From assembly GCA_018383375.1 (NCBI GenBank), contig JAHAWW010000040.1:1-45350 (forward strand): a DNA stretch of 45,350 bases. Reading direction: 5' to 3'. The notes beneath the pieces are model-generated. The model was not told the DNA's origin, searched no databases, and saw only the letters and a list, made by a program, of their open reading frames with translations. This document shows positions 36,070 to 45,350 of this stretch, piece after piece (within the stretch, counting starts at the first letter, position 1; every line of letters begins with the position of its first letter). The position numbers were made by a program, and so were the translations under genes. This DNA is from Prevotellamassilia sp. (GTDB lineage: Bacteria > Bacteroidota > Bacteroidia > Bacteroidales > Bacteroidaceae).

Positions 36070-38475
36070 ATGACAAACAACAGAACGCAAGAAAAAGAAG
36101 AAGGCTTTAAACTCGTTGACTATTGGGTCATTTTTCTCAATAATTGGTATTGGTTCGTGCTCTCCGTGGTGATTGCCATGGGGCTGGCCGTGCTCAAGAT
36201 ATTGCGCACCACACCCATATACAACAGCACCACCCAGTTGCTCATCCAAGACGACAAAGACGGCGGCTCAAACATGAGCGGTTCGATACAAGACTTCAGC
36301 GACTTAGGCCTCATCAAAAACAACAGCAACGTCAACAACGAGATACTCACCATCAGCGCACCCATTATGATGCAGCAGACGGTGAAACGCCTGCAACTTG
36401 ACCTGCAGATGTCTGTCGAAGAGCAACTTCACAAAAAACCGCTCTACAACGATGCGCCAGTCAGCCTCAAACTCTCGGCCCCTCTCGGCACAGACATCAG
36501 TTTCGCCTTCACCCTCACTCCCACCAGCAGGAGCGAGGCCACACTCTCTGAGTTCAAAAGGTGGGGTAAAACCGAAGAGACCATCAACAAAACCATAACC
36601 GTGCGCTTCGGACAGACGGTCAAAACACCCATCGGCGATGTGACCATCGCAGCCACACCGTCTTGGGACGACAAGTTCATTGGCACGCCCATCTACGTCA
36701 CCAAATACCCCGTCACAGCCATAGGCAATATGTATGCCGACCGCCTCTCCATTGGTCTGGCCGACAAAGAGGCCACCGTGCTCAACATCTCCATTGCCGA
36801 TGAAGTGCCTGAGCGCGGACGCGACGTCTTGCTCACCCTCATCGACGTCTACAACGGGACTTGGATGAAGACGAAAAACCGCATTGCAGAGAGCACCTGC
36901 GAGTTTATCAACGAGCGTCTGGCCACCATCACCAAAGAGCTTGACGACGTGGACGAACAAATCTCTGACTACAAGAGCAACAACCTCATGCCCGACGTGC
37001 AGGCAGCGCTGGCAAAAGACATGCAGCAAAGCGGCAAAAACTTTGACAACTTGCTCCAACTCAACAACCAGCTGAGCATGGCCACCTTCCTGCGCGAACG
37101 ACTCACCGACCCCAACAAGGCCAACGACCTCTTGCCCGGCAATATGGGCTTCAACGGCAGCAGCCTCGACCAGCAAATCACTGAATACAACCGGCTGATG
37201 CTCGACCGCAGCACCTACATCGAAAACAGCGACGCCAACTCGCCGGCTGTGGTCGACCTCGACCGCAGACTGGCCGCACAAAAAACCGCTATCATACGCT
37301 CGGTCGACAACCTCATTGCCCAACTACACAAACAGGTGGCCAATGTGGAAAAGAGCGATGCCGCCATCAACAGCCAAATCGCCTCCAACCCCAAACAAGC
37401 CAAGGTGCTCAACTCCGTGCAACGGCAACAAAAAGTGAAAGAGTCGCTCTATATCTTCCTGCTCCAAAAACGAGAAGAAAACGAGCTTTCACGCACTTTC
37501 ACCTCCTATAATTCCAACATCATCCAGCCGCCCGTCTCTTCAACCAGTCCGGCCGCACCGCGCACTAAGGTCATATTCCTCATTGCCCTGCTCGTCGGCA
37601 TAGGCATCCCCGCAGGCATCATCTTCTTGCTCGAAATGCTCAACACCAAGGTGCGCGGCCGCAAAGACATCGAGAACCTCGACATCCCGCTCATTGGCGA
37701 GTTGCCCGACCTCTCGGGTAAACGCCACTGGTGGAGTCCCAAGAAAAACAAGTTCACACGCAGCATCGTGGTCGCAGAAGGCGGCAGAGACCTCATCAAC
37801 GAGGCGATGCGCAACTTGCGTACAAACTTGAACTACCTCTGCGAAAGCAGCAAGGGCAAGGTGGTTATGTTCACCTCGTTCAACCCCAACAGCGGCAAAT
37901 CGTTCATCTCGGCCAACATAGCCAAAGCCTACGCCCTCAAAGGCAACCGCGTGGCAGTGGTCGACCTCGACCTGCGCCACCGCTCGCTCAGCTACATGTG
38001 CCCCACCCGCAGCCACAGCCAAGGCATCTCGGTCTATCTCAACAATCAGACCGACAACATTGACGACATTCTCATCAACGACGCCTTTGGCGACAACGTC
38101 ACACTCGTGCCAGTGGGCATAGCCCCGCCCAACCCCACCGAGGTGTTGCAAAACGGCCGACTTGAACAACTCCTCAACGAACTCAAAGCCCGCTTCGACA
38201 TTATCTTGCTCGACTGTCCGCCCATTGAAATCGTGGCCGACGCCAACATCATCAAAGCCCAAGCCGACGTCACCGTCTTTGTCATTCGCGTAGGCGTGAT
38301 GGACCGACGCGCATTAGAACACGTGCAAGAACTCTACAAAGAGCAGACCTACAACAACTTCTGTCTCCTGCTCAACGGCACAAAGATTGTCTCCAGCCGC
38401 CTCTCAAGCTACCACTACGGCTACACCTACGGCTATAGCTATAACTACGGCGACTATTACCAAGACAAAAAATAA
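36070..38475 (+). CDS. wzc: Polysaccharide biosynthesis tyrosine autokinase (Wzc/BY-kinase)
   Basis: Two TM segments, periplasmic coiled coil, LLQKREE, Walker A PNSGKS, VDLDLR, PPNPTE, LLDCPP and a C-terminal Tyr cluster; TACCTTTG at 35980. Confidence 0.93.
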   Translation: MTNNRTQEKEEGFKLVDYWVIFLNNWYWFVLSVVIAMGLAVLKILRTTPIYNSTTQLLIQDDKDGGSNMSGSIQDFSDLGLIKNNSNVNNEILTISAPIMMQQTVKRLQLDLQMSVEEQLHKKPLYNDAPVSLKLSAPLGTDISFAFTLTPTSRSEATLSEFKRWGKTEETINKTITVRFGQTVKTPIGDVTIAATPSWDDKFIGTPIYVTKYPVTAIGNMYADRLSIGLADKEATVLNISIADEVPERGRDVLLTLIDVYNGTWMKTKNRIAESTCEFINERLATITKELDDVDEQISDYKSNNLMPDVQAALAKDMQQSGKNFDNLLQLNNQLSMATFLRERLTDPNKANDLLPGNMGFNGSSLDQQITEYNRLMLDRSTYIENSDANSPAVVDLDRRLAAQKTAIIRSVDNLIAQLHKQVANVEKSDAAINSQIASNPKQAKVLNSVQRQQKVKESLYIFLLQKREENELSRTFTSYNSNIIQPPVSSTSPAAPRTKVIFLIALLVGIGIPAGIIFLLEMLNTKVRGRKDIENLDIPLIGELPDLSGKRHWWSPKKNKFTRSIVVAEGGRDLINEAMRNLRTNLNYLCESSKGKVVMFTSFNPNSGKSFISANIAKAYALKGNRVAVVDLDLRHRSLSYMCPTRSHSQGISVYLNNQTDNIDDILINDAFGDNVTLVPVGIAPPNPTEVLQNGRLEQLLNELKARFDIILLDCPPIEIVADANIIKAQADVTVFVIRVGVMDRRALEHVQELYKEQTYNNFCLLLNGTKIVSSRLSSYHYGYTYGYSYNYGDYYQDKK

Positions 38476-38502
38476 ACGGCCACACACAAACACCGCCACA
38501 TC

Positions 38503-38535
38503 AACCGCCCGACCCATACACGTTCGGGCGGTTTT
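38503..38535 (+). terminator. wzc terminator
   Basis: AACCGCCCGA ... TCGGGCGGTTTT. Confidence 0.7.
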
Positions 38536-38797
38536 GATTAGAAAGGAATGGAGCGTTGTGCACGGTTGCATACCTCAACCCTTCATCGTCGCAACCGCCT
38601 GTTTATCGGCCTCCGGCACTGCCCTATGTAGAGTTGCAGCGCATCTCGGCATTTTTATTATCCGTATATACGCCCCCAAAAATCAACTATCCCTTTCGCA
38701 GGATGTCGGCCGAGAGGGCAATAAAATATCGCCATTGCCCCACCTCGTTTCGCCGTAAATCGCTAACTTTGTCACATCACCACGACAACACAGTGTT

Positions 38798-39190
38798 ATG
38801 AAAAAGCAGATACAGGCCAAATTTGACCATTTCAATATCAACGTGACCAACTTGGAGCGCAGCATTGCCTTCTATCGCGAAGCGCTCGGCCTCGTCCCCG
38901 ACGGCGAAATCAACGGACCCGAAGGCGCCTTCAAAATTGTCTATCTCTCCAACCCCCTCTCTGATTTCAAACTTGAACTCACTTGGCTCCGCGACCATCC
39001 GCAAGCCTATGACTTGGGCGAATGCGAATTTCACATCTGTCTGCGCGTACCCGGCAACTACGACGAAACACGCGCCATGCACAAAGAGATGGGCTGCGTC
39101 TGCTACGAAAACAATGAGATGGGCCTCTATTTCATCAGCGACCCCGACGGCTACTGGATTGAAGTGTTGCCACTCGACAAGCAAGACTAA
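38798..39190 (+). CDS. VOC family protein (lactoylglutathione lyase-like)
   Basis: HFNINVTNLERSIAFY, LELTW, HIC and FISDPDGYWIEV motifs; TAACTTTG at 38764. Confidence 0.92.
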   Translation: MKKQIQAKFDHFNINVTNLERSIAFYREALGLVPDGEINGPEGAFKIVYLSNPLSDFKLELTWLRDHPQAYDLGECEFHICLRVPGNYDETRAMHKEMGCVCYENNEMGLYFISDPDGYWIEVLPLDKQD

Positions 39191-39216
39191 TCAAAAAAAA
39201 CAAATACATCACAATC

Positions 39217-40965
39217 ATGGAAAACCAAGAACTTATCGCACGCTGCGAAGCTACCGCACGCGAATGGATGACCTCACCGCTTTTTGACGCCGACACTCAG
39301 GCTGAAGTCAAAGCCCTCATTGATAACCCCGACAAGACTGGCCTCATCGATGCCTTCTATCGCTCACTCGAGTTTGGCACCGGCGGCTTGCGCGGCATCA
39401 TGGGCGCAGGTACCAACCGCATGAACATCTATACCGTTGGCGCCGCTACCCAGGGCCTCTCCAACTACCTCAACCAAAACTTTGCCGACAAAGACCAAAT
39501 CTCTGTGGTCGTTGGCCACGACTGCCGCAACAATTCCAGACTCTTTGCCGAGACTTGTGCCAACATTTTCTCGGCCAACGGCATCAAGGTCTATCTCTTC
39601 GACGATATGCGCCCCACCCCCGAAATGTCGTTTGCCATCCGCCACTTGGGCTGCCAAAGCGGCATCATCCTCACCGCCAGCCACAACCCCAAAGAATATA
39701 ACGGCTACAAGGCCTATTGGGACGACGGCGCACAGGTGCTCGCTCCCCACGACAAAGGCATCATCGACGAAGTGAACAAAGTGGGCGTGGCCGACATCAA
39801 ATTTGAAGGCCGTCCCGAACTCATCGAGACCATTGGCAAAGAGATTGACGACATCTATCTGGCCAAAGTCAAGGAACTCTCCATCGACCCCGAGTGCATC
39901 AAACGTCAAAAAGACTTGAAGATTGTCTACACACCGCTCCACGGCACCGGTATGATGCTCATCCCGCAGAGTCTGAAACTCTGGGGCTTCGAAAACGTGG
40001 TAACCGTGCCCGAACAGATGGTCAAGAGCGGCGACTTCCCCACAGTGGCCAGCCCCAACCCCGAAAACGGCGAAGCTCTGGCCATGGCGCTCGACCTGGC
40101 CAAAAGCATTGATGCCGATATCGTCATGGCGAGCGACCCCGACGCCGACCGCGTGGGAATGGCTTGCAAAAACGACAAAGGCGAATGGGTGCTCGTCGAT
40201 GGCAACCAAACCTGTATGATTTTCCTCTACTACATCATCAAAAACCGTCAGGCACAAGGCAAGATGAAAGGCAACGAGTTCATCGTCAAGACTATCGTGA
40301 CCACCGAACTCATCAAAGCCATTGCCGACAAAAACAACATGGTGATGTACGATTGCTACACGGGCTTCAAATGGATTGCCCGCGAAATCCGCCTCAACGA
40401 AGGCATTCGCCAATACATCGGCGGCGGCGAAGAGAGCTACGGCTTCTTGGCTGAAGATTTCGTGCGCGACAAAGACGCCGTTTCGGCCTGCTCACTCCTT
40501 GCCGAAATCTGCGCTTGGGCCAAAGACCAGGGCAAGACGCTCTTCGACGTGCTCATGGATATCTACGTGGAATATGGCTTCTCGCTCAACAAGACCATCA
40601 ACGTGGTGCGTCCCGGCAAAGCCGGCGCCGACGAAATCAAGGCAATGATGGAAAACTTCCGCGCCAACCGTCCGCAAGAGATTGCCGGAGCCAAAGTGGT
40701 TTGCACCAAAGACTTCCAGACACTCACCCAATACGACGGCGAAGGACAGGCAACTCCGCTCAATATGCCCGAAAAGAGCAACGTATTGCAGTGGTTCACC
40801 TCAGACGGTCTCAAGGTGAGCGTTCGCCCCTCAGGCACCGAGCCAAAAATCAAATTCTATATTGAGGTGAAAGGCGAAATGGAGTGCCCCAAATGCTATT
40901 TAGCCGCACGCGCTGAAGCCGTCAAGAAAGTTGAACTTGTCAAGAAATCCTTAGGCCTGGATTGA
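39217..40965 (+). CDS. pgm: Phospho-sugar mutase (phosphoglucomutase/phosphomannomutase)
   Basis: FGTGGLRG, TASHNP, DPDADR, GEESYG and RPSGTEPKIKFY motifs. Confidence 0.95.
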   Translation: MENQELIARCEATAREWMTSPLFDADTQAEVKALIDNPDKTGLIDAFYRSLEFGTGGLRGIMGAGTNRMNIYTVGAATQGLSNYLNQNFADKDQISVVVGHDCRNNSRLFAETCANIFSANGIKVYLFDDMRPTPEMSFAIRHLGCQSGIILTASHNPKEYNGYKAYWDDGAQVLAPHDKGIIDEVNKVGVADIKFEGRPELIETIGKEIDDIYLAKVKELSIDPECIKRQKDLKIVYTPLHGTGMMLIPQSLKLWGFENVVTVPEQMVKSGDFPTVASPNPENGEALAMALDLAKSIDADIVMASDPDADRVGMACKNDKGEWVLVDGNQTCMIFLYYIIKNRQAQGKMKGNEFIVKTIVTTELIKAIADKNNMVMYDCYTGFKWIAREIRLNEGIRQYIGGGEESYGFLAEDFVRDKDAVSACSLLAEICAWAKDQGKTLFDVLMDIYVEYGFSLNKTINVVRPGKAGADEIKAMMENFRANRPQEIAGAKVVCTKDFQTLTQYDGEGQATPLNMPEKSNVLQWFTSDGLKVSVRPSGTEPKIKFYIEVKGEMECPKCYLAARAEAVKKVELVKKSLGLD

Positions 40966-41156
40966 CACCGACCGGCCGCTCCCTCTAAGGGAAAAGCCAA
41001 TACCCCATAAGCCACAGTGCGCCGGACGGCCTGAACAGACAAAGCAAGCCGTTGCGGTGCATTGTACTTTATAATAGGCCAATGCGAAACGATTGACTCA
41101 TCCTGCAAAACATTCGACACAGCCCACTCCGACGAAGTCGTCTTCAAAAAAACACA

Positions 41157-41927
41157 ATGCCACAAAAAAACTATTGGCTGGCCATTGGCCGAGAAGGACT
41201 TTTGGTCGAAAACGACAACCGGTTGCCCTGCACCGCAGAACCGCCTATGCCAATGCAACCGTCGTCACGACAAATCAACCTGCCTGACCTTGACGGCAAA
41301 GCCTGCAAAGCTTTCCGCCCGGCCGACAACTACGACAAGAAACGCTTCAAAGCCATAGACCTGCGCGCTTCGTTCGACATACTGCCCCACCACCACTATA
41401 ATATGGCCGGCAAAGCTGCCGAACTGCTTTATTGGGACGACAACACACACTTTTGCGGACGTTGCGGCACAGCCCTCGAACCTCACACCGACATCTCCAA
41501 ACGATGCCCCCAATGTGGCAAAATAGTTTGGCCCCTTTTGGCCACGGCCATCATCGTAGCCGTGACAAGAGGCGATAACGACGAAGAAATCTTGCTCGTT
41601 CAGAGCAAAAACTTCCGTGGCGACTATCTTGGCCTTGTGGCCGGCTTTGTGGAGACAGGCGAAACGCTCGAAGAGTGTGTCAAGCGAGAAGTCAAAGAAG
41701 AAACCGGCCTCGACATCTGCGACCTGCGCTATTTTGCCAGTCAGCCGTGGCCCTACCCCTGCGGTCTGATGGTGGGGTTCAAAGCCCACTATGCAGGCGG
41801 CACCATCACATTGCAACGCAGCGAACTCAACAAAGGCGGCTGGTACAGACGCGACAACCTGCCGGCCATACCCGGCCCCGTCAGTCTGGCCCGACGACTC
41901 ATAGACGATTGGAAAAACAAACTGTGA
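41157..41927 (+). CDS. nudC: NAD(+) diphosphatase
   Basis: FCGRCG..CPQCG zinc ribbon, Nudix box GFVETGETLEECVKREVKEETG and SQPWPYP signature. Confidence 0.95.
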   Translation: MPQKNYWLAIGREGLLVENDNRLPCTAEPPMPMQPSSRQINLPDLDGKACKAFRPADNYDKKRFKAIDLRASFDILPHHHYNMAGKAAELLYWDDNTHFCGRCGTALEPHTDISKRCPQCGKIVWPLLATAIIVAVTRGDNDEEILLVQSKNFRGDYLGLVAGFVETGETLEECVKREVKEETGLDICDLRYFASQPWPYPCGLMVGFKAHYAGGTITLQRSELNKGGWYRRDNLPAIPGPVSLARRLIDDWKNKL

Positions 41928-41965
41928 ACCATTACGGCCACACCCTCACACACAAAAACGACACT

Positions 41966-44173
41966 ATGCACAGCAACACATTCACCGCAGCCGAACGACT
42001 CATCTTCAAGGCTCAACTGCTCGACATTTACAGACAAGACTCTCTTCGTCCAAGTCGCGACGTGGCCCGTCAGACGGCCGACATCGTCAGTCGTTTGCTC
42101 AACGCCGGCGGAAAGTTGCACGACGACTTCGGACTGAACAAGGTGAACATTGCCCTTGAAACCGCCCTGCTGGCCGCCGAAGAGATTGGCCTTCACGGCG
42201 ACCTCATTCCGGCATTTATCGTCAACGCCATCGCCTTTGGCAGCGACGACGCCAAACCGATATTGGCACAATGCCCGGCCGGTATGCAACCCACGCTCAC
42301 CGACTTGGCCAACGTGCAACGGCTTATGGCCAAGACAGAGGCCATGAAGACGGAGAATTTCCGCAACCTCTTTGTCTCCCAAACCTCCGATATGCGCGTG
42401 GTGTTGCTGCTCATTGCCTGGTGTGTGGTCATCATGCGCCACGTCAAAGACACACCCTTCCTTGACATTCGCAAGACATTGGCCACCGAGGCCTCTTGCC
42501 TCTATGCGCCCCTTGCGCACAAACTGGGACTCTACAAACTCAAGAGCGAACTCGAAGACCTCTCGCTCAAATACCTCGAGTCGGAGGCCTATTATATGAT
42601 CAAGGAAAACCTCAACGCCACTAAGCGTGCCCGCGACACCTATATCGAAAACTTCATTGCGCCCATACGCAAGATGCTCGACGCCGAAGGTCTGCGCTAC
42701 CACATGAAGGGCCGCACCAAGAGCATCTATTCCATTTGGCAGAAGATGAAGAAACAGAAGTGCGGCTTCAACGGCGTCTACGACCTCTTTGCCATACGCA
42801 TCATCATCGACGCGCCTGCGCCCAAAGAGAAAGACTATTGCTGGAAAGTGTTTTCGCTCATCACCAACAAATACACCTCCAACCTCAACCGCCTTCGCGA
42901 CTGGCTCACCGTGCCCAAGAGCAACGGCTACGAGAGTCTGCACATCACCGTGTTGGGCCCCGAAAACAAATGGGTGGAGGTGCAAATCCGCACCGAGCGC
43001 ATGGACGAAATCGCCGAGCACGGCTTGGCAGCCCACTGGCGCTATAAGGGTGTGAAAAGCAGCGGTGGCGGCATAGACTCTTGGCTGGCAGCCATCCGCA
43101 ACGCCCTCGAGACCGGCAACGAGCAGAAACTCACCGACAATCTGGCCACCAAGACGGTGAAGAAAGAAGTCTACGTGTTCACGCCCAAAGGCGACCTCTA
43201 CCGTCTGCCGCCGGAGTCGACAGTGCTTGACTTTGCCTACCACATCCACTCCAACGTGGGCAACCGCTGCGTAGGCGGACGCGTCAACGGCCGCAACGTG
43301 CCCATTCGCCAAAAACTCGAAAGCGGCTCCACCGTCGAGGTGCTCACGTCCAACACTCAGACGCCCAAAATGGAGTGGGTCAATGTGGTAGCCTCGAGCC
43401 ACGCCAGGTCCAAGATACGCACGGCCGTGCGCGACCTCCAAGCCCGCGAGGGCGTCATTGCCCGCGAACTGCTCGAACGCAAACTCAAAAACCGCAAAAT
43501 TGACTGGGACGAAAGCCTCATCAACCAACTCATCAAAAAGTCGGGTTTCAAAGAGTCTACGGAGTTTTTCAAAGCCATTGCCGAAGAGAAAGCCGACGTC
43601 AATGCCCTCATTGAGCGTTATCAGGAATTGGCCCGCCGCGAACAGGGCTTGGCTGAGCGTGCGGCAGTGCGCTCGGCCGATGAGTTTGTGATGGACAACG
43701 ATAAAAACACCGGCGGCAGTGGCGACACCGACGTGCTCGTGATAGACCGCAACCTCAAAGGCATCGACTTCCAGATGGCCCGTTGCTGCAACCCCGTCTA
43801 TGGCGACGAAGTGTTTGGTTTTGTCACCTCGGGCGGCGGCATCAAAATCCACCGTGTCAACTGCCCCAACGCCCCTGCCCTGCGCGAACGTTTCGGCTAC
43901 CGCATAGTCCCCGCCCGCTGGGCCGGCAAGGGAGGAGGCAAATATGCCATCACCCTGCGCGTGGTGGGCCAAGACAACCTCGGCGTGGTCAACAACATCA
44001 CCTCCATCATCTCCAAAGACGAGCACCTCATGCTGCGCAGCATCAGCATCGACTCCAACGACGGCCTATTCTCGGGCATACTCACCGTGATGGTCGATGA
44101 CACGAGTGTGCTCGAACTTCTGCTCAAGAAAATCGGTAACGTCAAAGGTGTCAAAGCCGTGTCGCGAATGTAA
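41966..44173 (+). CDS. relA: RelA/SpoT family (p)ppGpp synthetase
   Basis: APLAHKLG, KSELEDL, GRTKSIYS, PKSNGYESLH, EVQIRT, AAHWRYK, TGS domain, CCNP and ACT domain; start reassigned to MHSNTF. Confidence 0.92.
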   Translation: MHSNTFTAAERLIFKAQLLDIYRQDSLRPSRDVARQTADIVSRLLNAGGKLHDDFGLNKVNIALETALLAAEEIGLHGDLIPAFIVNAIAFGSDDAKPILAQCPAGMQPTLTDLANVQRLMAKTEAMKTENFRNLFVSQTSDMRVVLLLIAWCVVIMRHVKDTPFLDIRKTLATEASCLYAPLAHKLGLYKLKSELEDLSLKYLESEAYYMIKENLNATKRARDTYIENFIAPIRKMLDAEGLRYHMKGRTKSIYSIWQKMKKQKCGFNGVYDLFAIRIIIDAPAPKEKDYCWKVFSLITNKYTSNLNRLRDWLTVPKSNGYESLHITVLGPENKWVEVQIRTERMDEIAEHGLAAHWRYKGVKSSGGGIDSWLAAIRNALETGNEQKLTDNLATKTVKKEVYVFTPKGDLYRLPPESTVLDFAYHIHSNVGNRCVGGRVNGRNVPIRQKLESGSTVEVLTSNTQTPKMEWVNVVASSHARSKIRTAVRDLQAREGVIARELLERKLKNRKIDWDESLINQLIKKSGFKESTEFFKAIAEEKADVNALIERYQELARREQGLAERAAVRSADEFVMDNDKNTGGSGDTDVLVIDRNLKGIDFQMARCCNPVYGDEVFGFVTSGGGIKIHRVNCPNAPALRERFGYRIVPARWAGKGGGKYAITLRVVGQDNLGVVNNITSIISKDEHLMLRSISIDSNDGLFSGILTVMVDDTSVLELLLKKIGNVKGVKAVSRM

Positions 44174-44191
44174 ACAAGCCCAATCCTAACT

Positions 44192-45028
44192 ATGCCCACC
44201 ATCACCCTCATCGGAGCCGGCAATGTCGCTTCCCACATCGGCCCGGCACTTGCAGCGGCAGGCTATGCGTTCAAGGCCGTCGTGAGCCGAAGCGTCTCGT
44301 CGGCACAGGTTTTGGCCGAAAAACTCTCGACCACGGCCATCGTCAATGAGCCATCCGTCAGTCTCCCGTCGGCCGACATCTACCTCTATTGCGTGAGCGA
44401 CGACGCCCTGCCCCAATTGGCCCGCCACATCGCTGCCAACCATCCCGAAGCCGTCCACATCCACACCTCCGGCTCCACACCTGCCGACGTGTTCAAGCCC
44501 TTTGTCCAAAGATATGGCGTGCTCTATCCCATGCAGACCTTCACCAAAGGCGCTCCGCTCAACTTCCGCGACATCCCCTGTTTTGTCGAAGGCTCCGACC
44601 CCGCCACCGCCGACGTCATCATGCAAATGGCCTGCCGTGTGTCAGACCGCGTCACACCCCTCGGTTTTGAGGCCCGTCGCGACCTTCACCTCGCCGCCGT
44701 GTGGGCCTGCAACTTCGTCAACCACTGCTACCATCTGGCCGCCGACATAGTCAGCCGTCATCCCGAACTCTCGTTCGCCATGCTCCTGCCCCTCATCGAC
44801 GAGACCGCGCGAAAGGTCCACAGCCTCAGCCCCCGCCAAGCCCAGACCGGTCCCGCTGTGCGCTACGACAGCCGCATCATCAACATGCAACGCGACAGAC
44901 TCACCTCCACACCGCTCACGCGCGACATCTACGACATGATGAGTCGCAGCATCCACGCGCACACCGTCACCGAACAAAACCAACCACAAACGCCTCCCCA
45001 AGCACCCTCATCTCAATCCCATGATTAA
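44192..45028 (+). CDS. Rossmann-like and DUF2520 domain protein
   Basis: IGAGNVA, VSDDA, HTSGS, YPMQTF, HLAAV..CNFVNH and QTGPAVR motifs. Confidence 0.93.
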   Translation: MPTITLIGAGNVASHIGPALAAAGYAFKAVVSRSVSSAQVLAEKLSTTAIVNEPSVSLPSADIYLYCVSDDALPQLARHIAANHPEAVHIHTSGSTPADVFKPFVQRYGVLYPMQTFTKGAPLNFRDIPCFVEGSDPATADVIMQMACRVSDRVTPLGFEARRDLHLAAVWACNFVNHCYHLAADIVSRHPELSFAMLLPLIDETARKVHSLSPRQAQTGPAVRYDSRIINMQRDRLTSTPLTRDIYDMMSRSIHAHTVTEQNQPQTPPQAPSSQSHD

Positions 45029-45350
45029 CAACGACCTCACCAAAATCAAAGCCAAGCCCATCGACGTAGACCGCGTGTTGAGCACCAACAATGTCTACCT
45101 GCTGTCTGAGCTAGGCCAACCCGCCCGTACAGCCAACATCAAAGACGGCTATGCCATGCAACTGGCCGTGAAACGCGGTCTCAATCTGGCCATCATCACC
45201 GGCGGGCGCAGCGAATCCGTGCGCACACGCTATGTCGGCCTTGGGCTGCAAAACGTCTTTATGGGTGTGTCGGTCAAGATAGACTGTTTCAACCGTTGGC
45301 TTGAAGAGTCGGGATTGCAAGCCGACGAGGTGCTTTATATGGGCGATGAC
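45021..45350 (+). CDS. kdsC: HAD-IIIA KdsC-like phosphatase, truncated by the window end
   Basis: MINNDLTKIKAKPIDVDRVLS..RTANIKDGYAMQLAVKRG..AIITGG..LYMGDD; overlaps the upstream stop. Confidence 0.85.
   Translation, partial: MINNDLTKIKAKPIDVDRVLSTNNVYLLSELGQPARTANIKDGYAMQLAVKRGLNLAIITGGRSESVRTRYVGLGLQNVFMGVSVKIDCFNRWLEESGLQADEVLYMGDD

Noticed and set aside
38660-38685. CCGTATATACGCCCCCAAAAAT as a third CAATCAC-element remnant
   Set aside because: Only a short resemblance to the flank; heptamers and central palindrome are absent.
41789-44026. 745-aa antisense ORF and similar long antisense frames (10408-11394, 17056-17910, 36304-37323, 39364-40413)
   Set aside because: Shadows of well-supported genes caused by codon bias; no recognisable motifs.

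Overview
This 45.35 kb window looks like Bacteroidales (probably Prevotellaceae) chromosome, judged from TAnnTTTG promoter elements, AT-rich translation starts and gene content. It is mostly housekeeping: four tRNAs, an NfnAB-type fusion, purH-like, purT, yebC, pheT, rpsA, degP, serC-serA-DUF1015, galE, nspC, GH25, GH20, an orphan wzc, pgm, nudC, a RelA/SpoT homologue and a partial kdsC. A ~2.6 kb AT-richer ThrE/LysR block sits behind tRNA-Arg. I see no integrase, transposase, rRNA or CRISPR array. The unusual signal is intergenic, where four dispersed repeat families occur. (1) A gene-less cassette of promoter, immediate terminator hairpin and phased TAAGGACAG boxes, in three copies. (2) An 84-bp CAATCAC/CTGA-N3-TCAG element present as an inverted pair around 7.4 kb. 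(3) A REP-like nested palindrome at four loci, two of which end in a promoter element. (4) Degenerate 8-bp-period repeats. I also found an uncalled 46-aa ORF with its own promoter, a structured pheT leader with competing pairings, and a decayed T9SS C-terminal-domain fragment. All alignments were done by eye and no database search was possible.
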